From IMG/VR virus record IMGVR_UViG_3300024518_001892, positions 1 through 37,258 of that record: a stretch of DNA of 37,258 bases; one strand, 5' to 3'. Both the position numbers and the translations under genes were made by a program. The stretch is from a virus. Lineage: Duplodnaviria > Caudoviricetes. Below, in pieces: positions 26,942 to 33,729 of this stretch (the first letter of the stretch is position 1; the number at the start of each line of letters is the position of its first letter). The notes beneath the pieces are model-generated. The model made no database searches, was not told the DNA's origin, and was given only the letters and a program-made list of their open reading frames with translations.

Positions 26942-27295
26942 TCAGCCATAGCCATAGCCATCGCCATCGCCATAGCCATAGCCAGAGCCGGAGCCATAGC
27001 CATAGCCATCGCCAGAGCCATGGCCAGAGCCAGAGCCAAACCCATCGCCCGAGCCAGCACCATAGCCCGAGCCAGCGCCATCACCATCGCCATAACCAGA
27101 GCCAGCGCCATCGCCATAGCCAGTGCCGGAGCCATAGCCAGAGCCAGAGCCGGGGCCAGAGCCATAGCCATAGCCATAGCCATCGCCATCGCCATCGCCA
27201 TAGCCAGAGCCAGAGCCATAACCATAGCCAGAGCCATAACCATCGCCAGAGCCAGTGCAGTATATCAGTGTTTTTCCATGGTCCTCAAACGTCAT
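26942..27295 (-). CDS. Glycine-rich (G-X)n repeat protein
   Basis: About 100 aa of Gly alternating mainly with S/D/Y; ATGA-coupled to the upstream gene. Confidence 0.7.
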   Translation of the reverse strand: MTFEDHGKTLIYCTGSGDGYGSGYGYGSGSGYGDGDGDGYGYGYGSGPGSGSGYGSGTGYGDGAGSGYGDGDGAGSGYGAGSGDGFGSGSGHGSGDGYGYGSGSGYGYGDGDGYGYG

Positions 27296-27669
27296 GGCGT
27301 GTAAACCTCTGCCGCCTCAATAACTTCTGCGGCTTTGACGTTGCACGGGATAATTTCCAGCGCATCCAGAAGGGTCATTTCAGCAATGACGCAGCAGATT
27401 TTAGACCGCGATCCCGTGGGGCCATATACCGCCACTTCTGATAGGCTGATGCCGTGCGGGGCCACGTCCCAACGCCACAGCCTGCGGGCTTTTTGCAGTT
27501 CTACCTGCCGCCCGTGTTGGGCAACAAGTTCGCCAAAATGTACGCCGCTGGCATGCGTGCGAATGATGCACTTTTTGCCAATGTGCGGTGATGATGGCTC
27601 GGAAGTGTTAGAGCCGAACATGGCTGCAAGCTCTTTGGCTTGCTTGATTGTGAGGTCGTCAATATTCAT
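27292..27669 (-). CDS. DUF6948-like phage protein
   Basis: IIRTHASGVHFG...ARRLWRW...SLSEVA..G motif; AAAGGGAA RBS before ATG 27669. Confidence 0.75.
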   Translation of the reverse strand: MNIDDLTIKQAKELAAMFGSNTSEPSSPHIGKKCIIRTHASGVHFGELVAQHGRQVELQKARRLWRWDVAPHGISLSEVAVYGPTGSRSKICCVIAEMTLLDALEIIPCNVKAAEVIEAAEVYTP

Positions 27670-27690
27670 TGTGTTTCCCTTTTTTGGTTT

Positions 27691-27711
27691 CAGTCGATCA
27701 GTACAGCCCGC
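27691..27711. repeat. Inverted copy of the accessory-region repeat
   Basis: CAGTCGATCAGTACAGCCCGC is 19/21 identical to the reverse complement of 27821-27841. Confidence 0.85.
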
Positions 27712-27819
27712 GGTTAGGCTTTGCCACATTTCCCATTGGCGCGGTTTATGCGGCGGTTGTCTGGGGGTCCCCTTCATATATATTCAAACGCCCTTGCGGG
27801 TGATGATTGGTTAAAATGA

Positions 27820-27845
27820 TGCGGGCTGAACTGATCGGCTGGCGG
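27820..27845. repeat. 26-bp direct repeat, copy 1
   Basis: TGCGGGCTGAACTGATCGGCTGGCGG, identical to 28108-28133. Confidence 0.95.
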
Positions 27846-27847
27846 TC

Positions 27848-28096
27848 CTATTCTTTGACGGCTGGTGGGAATGATTGCCAGTCTGTTTTAAGCATTTCCG
27901 CAGCGCGAATAAGGTCTGTTTTCAGAACTTTAACGGTTACCCCTTGATTTGGATCGTCGTCATCCTTGTGAACGCACACAAGAACCATGTCGCCCATGCT
28001 GCTTGGTTGCTCCACAAGTGTGAGGCGGTTGCTGTTCCAGTCTGATCTTTCTGGCAGCGCGATACTAATACCTTGCGTGCAGTCATCCATGTTCAT
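27848..28096 (-). CDS. Hypothetical protein (82 aa) bracketed by 26-bp direct repeats
   Basis: AAAAGGAAC RBS; no recognised motif. Confidence 0.7.
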   Translation of the reverse strand: MNMDDCTQGISIALPERSDWNSNRLTLVEQPSSMGDMVLVCVHKDDDDPNQGVTVKVLKTDLIRAAEMLKTDWQSFPPAVKE

Positions 28097-28107
28097 CGTT
28101 CCTTTTG

Positions 28108-28133
28108 TGCGGGCTGAACTGATCGGCTGGCGG
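28108..28133. repeat. 26-bp direct repeat, copy 2
   Basis: Identical to 27820-27845. Confidence 0.95.
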
Positions 28134-28156
28134 GGCTTGCGCCACCGCCTGTCATA

Positions 28157-28450
28157 TCAGTTTTCCAAGATGCGCAGGCAGGCTGCGGACTCTGGGAATT
28201 CTGTCAGCATGACAACCAAGCCTTGGGGCTTTAAGCTTTCGGGCAGCCCTAAGTAGCCGAAGGCCATTATGGCCAAGGTGATCTCTGCCTCACGGACACC
28301 GGCTGGTCTTGCGGCGCGAGCCGCTTCTAGGGTCGTTCCGTTTTCGACTGCTATGCGTCTCGCTACGCACTCTGCGAAGTCGCTTTCTAGGCGGGCCTGT
28401 GCCGATGTTGCTGCCATTGCGATGATTGCTGCTGTGATGAGGTTTTTCAT
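28157..28450 (-). CDS. Secreted / periplasmic small protein (97 aa)
   Basis: Signal peptide MKNLITAAIIAMAATSAQA with A-X-A site; two Cys; AAAAGGAAC RBS. Confidence 0.72.
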   Translation of the reverse strand: MKNLITAAIIAMAATSAQARLESDFAECVARRIAVENGTTLEAARAARPAGVREAEITLAIMAFGYLGLPESLKPQGLVVMLTEFPESAACLRILEN

Positions 28451-28483
28451 TTGTCCGTTCCTTTTGTGTGTTTCCTTGCACCC

Positions 28484-28512
28484 CTTGTCCCAAATAAACC
28501 GCCCCTTGTCAA
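28484..28512 (-). promoter_or_regulatory. Putative early promoter TTGACA-N17-GACAAG
   Basis: Perfect -35 at 28507-28512; same spacing and -10-position hexamer as 31887-31915. Confidence 0.5.
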
Positions 28513-28546
28513 CACCATCCGCACACCATTCGCGCACCTTTTAATA

Positions 28547-28579
28547 TTGCACAGGTGGTGCTAGTGGTGCAATGTGCAA
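28547..28579 (+). promoter_or_regulatory. Putative promoter/operator of the RHH operon
   Basis: TTGCAC-N17-CAATGT; inverted TTGCAC/GTGCAA repeats. Confidence 0.4.
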
Positions 28580-28581
28580 GA

Positions 28582-28743
28582 ATGGAAAATCACATGAATA
28601 AACCAAGGGTTCCGGTCACACTGACCGAAGAACAACACAAAACACTGCTGACCGCCGCTGAGGCGGTTGGCCTGACTATATCCGCTTACATCAGGATGGC
28701 CGCGCTTGAGCGGGCCGCAGGGGGGGATGATGGTAACTCTTGA
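28582..28743 (+). CDS. Ribbon-helix-helix DNA-binding protein
   Basis: RVPVTLTEEQHKTLLTAAEAVGLTISAYIRMAALE RHH pattern; start at 28582 or 28594. Confidence 0.8.
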   Translation: MENHMNKPRVPVTLTEEQHKTLLTAAEAVGLTISAYIRMAALERAAGGDDGNS

Positions 28744-28891
28744 TATTCCGAAAGGCGTTTACTGGTCTCAAGAGGCTCTGAATTTCTATTCGGAAGAAAG
28801 CCGCTTGGGCATGGGGGTGGATTTTTTTGACAAGTGGCAACACCTCCGTAGGTTTTTTCCAACTCGCAGTGAATCAATGGAGGGTGAATGA
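28727..28891 (+). CDS. Hypothetical protein (54 aa)
   Basis: G-rich RBS; overlaps both neighbours. Confidence 0.5.
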   Translation: MMVTLDIPKGVYWSQEALNFYSEESRLGMGVDFFDKWQHLRRFFPTRSESMEGE

Positions 28892-29103
28892 TGGCTGTTG
28901 AAGCGATCAATCGACAGGAGGGTATCGTGCTGATGGTAGGCGGTAAGGTCTGGCCTGTGTCGGTTTGGCTGGATGCAAGCGGTGATGAATGTGATGAGCC
29001 GAATGCTGCATTTGCCGTTGTTGGGCCATGCAGTGACGCCACGCGGCCTGAATTTTGGGTCACGTTAGAATTGTCTGATTTTGAAACTGTTCCGAATAAC
29101 TGA
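28888..29103 (+). CDS. Hypothetical acidic protein (71 aa)
   Basis: GGAGGG RBS, ATGA coupling. Confidence 0.65.
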   Translation: MMAVEAINRQEGIVLMVGGKVWPVSVWLDASGDECDEPNAAFAVVGPCSDATRPEFWVTLELSDFETVPNN

Positions 29104-29117
29104 GAGGATAAGGCGAT

Positions 29118-29417
29118 ATGCCAAGACAAGACGAAATAGACCGCATGATCGTGATGATTTACATATCGCGCAACAGCGCAGGCTTCACAAACTACACCCG
29201 CCCTGCTGGATGGCTGGATAAGCTGCCAATGGAGGGCCTTGAGGAATTGCAGCGCGACTTTGAGCGGATGGCCAAAGAGGTGTCCGAAGAAATGAAGCAG
29301 CGCATTGCCGATGGCATACCGCGTTACTCCCGTCGATGGCACGACGAGCAAGAGGCCGCGCGTGTTGGCGGTGCTGATATGTTGTCAAAAATAGGCATAA
29401 GCGCAAAGCGAAGGTGA
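29118..29417 (+). CDS. Hypothetical protein (99 aa)
   Basis: GAGGA RBS; helical composition. Confidence 0.65.
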   Translation: MPRQDEIDRMIVMIYISRNSAGFTNYTRPAGWLDKLPMEGLEELQRDFERMAKEVSEEMKQRIADGIPRYSRRWHDEQEAARVGGADMLSKIGISAKRR

Positions 29418-29424
29418 ATGATGA

Positions 29425-29465
29425 GTGATTATAGGGCGAGGTGCCGCGTCTCGCCCTATAATCAC
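29425..29465. repeat. Perfect 16-bp inverted repeat between convergent gene blocks
   Basis: GTGATTATAGGGCGAG - 9 nt - CTCGCCCTATAATCAC. Confidence 0.9.
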
Positions 29466-29536
29466 ATAGCGCCCACGCACAAAAGGCGGACCAGAGCGAT
29501 GGCTAAGTAGCAAGCGGCATATCCGGGGATGCTCAC
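29462..29536 (-). CDS. Possible 24-aa hydrophobic peptide
   Basis: GTG overlaps the upstream TGA; MSIPGYAACYLAIALVRLLCVGAM. Confidence 0.35.
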   Translation of the reverse strand: MSIPGYAACYLAIALVRLLCVGAM

Positions 29537-29766
29537 TGTGCAGCCCTTTCAGCTTTTGGCCTTTCGGCGATGTAACCCCAATCGTCTTCACGATCTCTTG
29601 GCATTTTCGCAGCGCGAATGACCGTGTACTGTACGCGGGAATGCTCAACCATGTTGCCGCAGCACAGCGTTGCTGTCTTGGCAGTGCCGCCGTAGGTGAG
29701 CACGTTGCCCTCTGCATAACAGTGGGCAAGTATCAGTTCTTTGTCGCAGTGTGGACAAGTTGTCAT
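29533..29766 (-). CDS. Small Cys-rich, possibly Zn-binding protein
   Basis: CPHC...C...CCG; ATGA coupling. Confidence 0.65.
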   Translation of the reverse strand: MTTCPHCDKELILAHCYAEGNVLTYGGTAKTATLCCGNMVEHSRVQYTVIRAAKMPRDREDDWGYIAERPKAERAAQ

Positions 29767-29963
29767 TGCATCGCCTTTCGTGCTTCATCGTGCGCGATCC
29801 GGCCCAGCTTGTCAGCCAGTTCGGTAAGGGCTGCGTGATCAATTTCACCCGCCCCTGATTGCCGCAGTATGAAGTGACCATGGACCAGCCTGCAAACGGC
29901 GCGGCTCGACAGCATAAGCAGCTTTTCAGTGGCGGTACCGGTCACGGCGCGGAGCATCATCAT
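29763..29963 (-). CDS. Hypothetical protein (66 aa)
   Basis: ATGA overlaps at both ends. Confidence 0.55.
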   Translation of the reverse strand: MMMLRAVTGTATEKLLMLSSRAVCRLVHGHFILRQSGAGEIDHAALTELADKLGRIAHDEARKAMQ

Positions 29964-30691
29964 TGGCCCACCCCCGTTGGTTTTGCGGGGCACAGTGCGA
30001 TGGTTTGGAATATCCAGTTTTTGTACTTGGCCCAGAATTTAAGCGCGCCTTTACCGTCCATTGCCACAATGCGGTGGCAGCCAAATGTGCGCCAATCTTC
30101 AATAGGGTGGCGCTCACAACCAATCTGCAAAATGTCCGCAGTGTAGGTGATCGGGTACGCCTCAATTTGAATGCACTTAACGTATTCATTGACGCCATTT
30201 GCCCCTTCGAGGTTTGCCCCGTTGAGGTCTGCCCCTCCGAGTTTTGCCCCGCAGAGGTTTGCCCCGTTGAGGTCTGCCCCTCCGAGTTTTGCCCCGCAGA
30301 GGTTTGCCCCGTAGAGGTTTGCACCTTCGAGGTTTGCCCCTTCGAGGTTTGCCCCTTTGAGGTTTACCCCTTTGAGGTTTACCCCTTTGAGGTTTACCCC
30401 GTAGAGGGTTACCCCGTAGAGGTTTGCCCCGTTGAGGTTTGCCCCGTTGAGGTTTGCCCCTTCGAGGTTTGCCCCGTAGAGGTTTGCCCAGTTGAGGTTT
30501 GCCCCGCAGAGGTCTGCTCCGTCGAGGTCTGCTCCGTCGAGGTTTGCCCCGTTAAGGTTTGCCCCGTTATCCAGCGCCCATTTTACAGCAAGGCCCATCT
30601 TTAACGAGTGGGTATCATCTTCTGAACAATCAATTTTTGCGGTGAATTGTACGTCGCCTGAGAAGCGGTTTTTTACATCAAAAGCAATCAT
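29960..30691 (-). CDS. Pentapeptide repeat protein
   Basis: Long run of A(N/D)LxG pentapeptides (15-nt repeats, about 30195-30570); C-terminal LQIGCERH..EDW domain. Confidence 0.93.
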   Translation of the reverse strand: MIAFDVKNRFSGDVQFTAKIDCSEDDTHSLKMGLAVKWALDNGANLNGANLDGADLDGADLCGANLNWANLYGANLEGANLNGANLNGANLYGVTLYGVNLKGVNLKGVNLKGANLEGANLEGANLYGANLCGAKLGGADLNGANLCGAKLGGADLNGANLEGANGVNEYVKCIQIEAYPITYTADILQIGCERHPIEDWRTFGCHRIVAMDGKGALKFWAKYKNWIFQTIALCPAKPTGVGQ

Positions 30692-30762
30692 GACTGCGCC
30701 CCCTGATCGGTCATCTGCACGACCAGCACGCCCAGTTCGGTTTGAATTTCTGTGACGTTCAT
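30688..30762 (-). CDS. 24-aa ORF, possibly a gene remnant
   Basis: MNVTEIQTELGVLVVQMTDQGAQS; its TGA overlaps the ATG of the pentapeptide gene. Confidence 0.35.
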   Translation of the reverse strand: MNVTEIQTELGVLVVQMTDQGAQS

Positions 30763-30766
30763 CGGT

Positions 30767-31231
30767 TCATTCCCCCAATGTCTTGAATGTTTTCAGGTCC
30801 AAGGCATAAAGCGCAAGACCTTCATCGCTCTTTTCGTCTTGGTACGCAAATGCCAGCGCCAGTTCCCCCCGGCCGTGCAGATCGTCAAGCATGTCCGCCA
30901 CGGCGTTTACCCCATGGTCCTTCAGCGCGTTCAAAACAGCATCAGCGGTCACGATCCCATGGGCGGCGACGTGTTGCAGGACAATGCGTTCAAGCGGCGG
31001 CGTTTTTGCTTTGACAGCGGAAGGCTGCTCCGGATCAGGCATTGCCTCAAGGGCGATATATTCTGCCGGTTTGTTAAACTGGCGCTTCACGCGAAAGCTG
31101 AATTCATCACCGATGGTCAGACCCGCGTTTTTTGCGATGATGGCCGGGATGAAAACTTCTTCACCATCTGGCATCCGCGCAAAGCTGGTTTGCGTATCCA
31201 AAATGTTCATTACAGTTGCTTTGACAATCAT
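30767..31231 (-). CDS. Hypothetical protein with OB/cold-shock-like N-terminal domain
   Basis: SFARMPDGEEVFIP...GLTIGDEF resembles an OB fold; AAAGG RBS before ATG 31231. Confidence 0.62.
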   Translation of the reverse strand: MIVKATVMNILDTQTSFARMPDGEEVFIPAIIAKNAGLTIGDEFSFRVKRQFNKPAEYIALEAMPDPEQPSAVKAKTPPLERIVLQHVAAHGIVTADAVLNALKDHGVNAVADMLDDLHGRGELALAFAYQDEKSDEGLALYALDLKTFKTLGE

Positions 31232-31232
31232 A

Positions 31233-31544
31233 TTATGACCTTTCGTCGTTTGATTTGAAGATGTTGTGGAGATCGCGGTTTTCGCAGACCTCTGAATAGG
31301 TGTCGATAAAGTATTGCGTGATGTCGCGCGCAAGAACGCCTTGGATTTGCCAGACAATGACATCCTCATGGGGCCAAAACTTGAAGCCTTCCACCCATTG
31401 GTCATAGGCGATTTCGATGTTTTCTTGGGCGTCATCAAGATCAACAATTCGACCGCCCTCCACGGCGGTCACCATGTAAGTGACGCCAATGTTTTCGGCG
31501 TCCTTGACGATCTTTCTGAGGGCTTCAATGGGGCAATTTTTCAT
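31233..31544 (-). CDS. Hypothetical acidic protein (103 aa)
   Basis: AAAAAGGAAC RBS. Confidence 0.7.
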   Translation of the reverse strand: MKNCPIEALRKIVKDAENIGVTYMVTAVEGGRIVDLDDAQENIEIAYDQWVEGFKFWPHEDVIVWQIQGVLARDITQYFIDTYSEVCENRDLHNIFKSNDERS

Positions 31545-31590
31545 CTGTTCGGTTCCTTTTTGAGTTTGGGGGTGAGGTGGGGGCGGCTTA

Positions 31591-31851
31591 TTACTGAGCC
31601 TGCCCTAGCATTTTTGACCAAGCGTCGCGGCGCTTTTGGGTGAGTTCGTCAGCGACCCGTTCCGCCCGCTTTTCCCATGTGTCGTTGTGCAAGCGGACAC
31701 CGCAGACCTTACAAGCCTGCAAGTATCCTTCAAGCGCTTGACGTGGCGATTTGTTGACGGGGAGGTGAAGGGCGCTGCGATTTGAGACCATCAGCATAAC
31801 ATCATGGTATTGCGTTGCGAGGTTGGCGGCTTGGGAAGAATGAATGGTCAT
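31591..31851 (-). CDS. Hypothetical protein (86 aa), first gene of a leftward early operon
   Basis: AAGGAAC RBS; CxxC motif. Confidence 0.68.
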   Translation of the reverse strand: MTIHSSQAANLATQYHDVMLMVSNRSALHLPVNKSPRQALEGYLQACKVCGVRLHNDTWEKRAERVADELTQKRRDAWSKMLGQAQ

Positions 31852-31886
31852 TGGTTCTGTTCCTTGTTCTACGTTGCTTCACGTAC

Positions 31887-31915
31887 CTTGTCGCATAGAT
31901 CGCGGAGCGTGTAAA
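31887..31915 (-). promoter_or_regulatory. Putative early promoter TTTACA-N17-GACAAG
   Basis: Same architecture as 28484-28512. Confidence 0.5.
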
Positions 31916-31953
31916 CATCTAAATGTAAAAAAGTTGATGATCGGCAATCAGTA

Positions 31954-31982
31954 TTGCAAGGGGCGTCCCTTTGAGGCAGTAT
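31954..31982 (+). promoter_or_regulatory. Putative sigma70 promoter for a small RNA
   Basis: TTGCAA (31954-31959) - 17 nt - CAGTAT (31977-31982). Confidence 0.45.
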
Positions 31983-31988
31983 ACGGGC

Positions 31989-32063
31989 ACTCCACTCACT
32001 CCTCCATGACTGAGCCCGTCGCGATAGCAAGCAACCTTGCAACATTCGCGGCGGGTCTTTTTT
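31989..32063 (+). ncRNA. Candidate ~75-nt small RNA with C/U-rich 5' tract and intrinsic terminator
   Basis: Upstream promoter; ACUCCACUCACUCCUCC tract; 11-bp stem 32014-32024/32046-32056; T6 at 32058-32063. Confidence 0.45.
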
Positions 32064-32095
32064 AGTCTGGACGCCCGATTGATCCCAAATTGATT

Positions 32096-32380
32096 TCAAC
32101 TGTCGTCCTCAACGGTCGCACATCCAGCCAACTCCGAAGCCAGCGCAAGATAGCCGCAAGCATCTACAAAACTATCGCCGTGCGGGCCATTGGAAAGGCG
32201 GGCAATCTTTAAGTCCGCCATCATCAAACAGACCTGCCACGCTTCAATCTCAAACCCGCCCAAAATCTGCGACCAGCGCGCGGCGATCTTCTCGAAATTT
32301 TCTTGCGGTGATCCGTAGTCAACCTGCCGCTGCCCGTTGATCAACCGGTCTGCTGTTTTCAGGGTGTCGCTTCGTTTCAT
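32096..32380 (-). CDS. DUF6378-like phage protein
   Basis: LINGQRQVDYGSPQENFEKIAARW...MMADLKIAR...DSFVDACGY motif. Confidence 0.82.
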   Translation of the reverse strand: MKRSDTLKTADRLINGQRQVDYGSPQENFEKIAARWSQILGGFEIEAWQVCLMMADLKIARLSNGPHGDSFVDACGYLALASELAGCATVEDDS

Positions 32381-32382
32381 AT

Positions 32383-33729
32383 TCAGTCCTTCGGTTTAAG
32401 TGCTGCAAGCAGCGATGATTGCGAGGCGTCTTTGCTGCGCAAAACGCTTGCCACGCGGCTATCTATCGTCCCGGCACCCAATAGGCGCGCAATGCGCACA
32501 GGGCGTCCCTGCCCCTGCCTGTGGAGCCGTGCGTCGAATTGTTGGGTCAGTTCAAGCGACCAGTTCAGCCCAAACCAAACGCAAAGCGCGCCGCCGTCTT
32601 GGAGGTTCAGGCCATGACCTGCGCTTGCTGGATGCGCCAACAGCATCGGGATTTTGCCTTTGTTCCAAAGGTCGATGGTGTCCTGATTTTTATCCAGCAC
32701 AACAGCCTGCGGAAACCGCTTACGCAGCCGGGCGAGGTCGCTTTTGAAATTATACGCAACCAGCATTGTTTCGCCGGTGTTGTCATCGACAAGGTCAGCA
32801 AGCGCGTCCAGCTTGGCGCTGTGGACCTCAGCCCATGCGCCATTGGCGTCTGTATAGAGCGCCCCATTGCTGTATTGGAGAAGCTTGTTGGCAAGCACAG
32901 CCGCGCTCATGGCCTCAATTTCCTCGCCATCATCCAGCGCAACAAACATTTCTTTTTCAAAAGCGTCATATTGATCTTTTGCCTTTGGCCCCAGATCAAC
33001 GGGAATGTCGATGTCGATGCGCTCTGGTAAATTCAAATAATCGTCTGCGCTCATGTGGATTACCTTATCAGCAACCAGCCGCTCGATCTTTTCCGCCGAC
33101 CCTTCACGGATTTCAAATTTGTGCCCCATATAATCTTTGTCAAAGAAACGCTGGCGAAACCCCGTCAAGGTGCGCCCAAGGCGTTCGCCATAATCGACAA
33201 GGAACATCTGCGCCCACAGGTCTTGCAGGCCGTTGGGGCTTGGTGTCCCGGTCAGCAAAACCAGCCGCTCAACGAATGGCAGCACTTTGCGCAAGGCCCG
33301 AAATCGCTTCGATTGGCTATTTTTGAAAGTGCTGCTTTCGTCAATCACAACCATGTCGAAGGGCCAGTTTTTGCCATAATGGTCAACGAGCCATTGCACG
33401 TTCTCCTTGTTCGTCACGTAGACATCCGCAGAGCGAAACAGTGCAGTGGTGCGCGCCTTGGCGCTACCCGTGGCGACTGAGACGCGCAGGTGATTGGTGT
33501 GTTGCCATTTCAACGCTTCTTGCGCCCAGACAGAATTGCACACACGCAGCGGCGCAATCACCAACACCTTGCCAACAACGCCCGCGCCAACCAAATCGCT
33601 GATCGCGGTCAGGGTGGAAGTCGTCTTACCAAGCCCGAGGCCAAGCGCTAGCATGCAGCGCCCTTGGTCAATGATGTAATCAACAGATCGTTCTTGGTAT
33701 TCGTGCAGGTTTTCACGGTTTAAATGCAT
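32383..33729 (-). CDS. SNF2-family DExx helicase
   Basis: LHEYQ, GLGLGKT, VIDESS, LTGTP, AGHGLNLQ, RLHRQGQ motifs; GGAGGG RBS before ATG 33729. Confidence 0.93.
   Translation of the reverse strand: MHLNRENLHEYQERSVDYIIDQGRCMLALGLGLGKTTSTLTAISDLVGAGVVGKVLVIAPLRVCNSVWAQEALKWQHTNHLRVSVATGSAKARTTALFRSADVYVTNKENVQWLVDHYGKNWPFDMVVIDESSTFKNSQSKRFRALRKVLPFVERLVLLTGTPSPNGLQDLWAQMFLVDYGERLGRTLTGFRQRFFDKDYMGHKFEIREGSAEKIERLVADKVIHMSADDYLNLPERIDIDIPVDLGPKAKDQYDAFEKEMFVALDDGEEIEAMSAAVLANKLLQYSNGALYTDANGAWAEVHSAKLDALADLVDDNTGETMLVAYNFKSDLARLRKRFPQAVVLDKNQDTIDLWNKGKIPMLLAHPASAGHGLNLQDGGALCVWFGLNWSLELTQQFDARLHRQGQGRPVRIARLLGAGTIDSRVASVLRSKDASQSSLLAALKPKD

Noticed and set aside
26449-27304. MAMAMA / AIAIA repeat ORFs (26449..27243 -, 27020..27304 +)
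   Set aside because: Alternative frames of the 6-nt repeats of the Gly-rich gene; only the Gly frame is coupled to its upstream gene and stops at the terminator
27820-28133. Mini-CRISPR array from the 26-bp repeats
   Set aside because: Only two direct copies, separated by a 262-bp gene-containing segment; no cas operon (DUF2800 is a Cas4-like replication-module nuclease)
29425-29465. Protelomerase (tel) site
   Set aside because: Has a 9-nt non-palindromic centre, and no protelomerase gene is present
29926-30604. Cys-rich EVCP repeat ORF and GQTS repeat ORF
   Set aside because: Off-frame or antisense readings of the pentapeptide repeats
31869-32099. 76-aa - strand ORF
   Set aside because: Runs across two promoters and a terminator hairpin, with no protein-like features; non-coding explanation preferred but not proven
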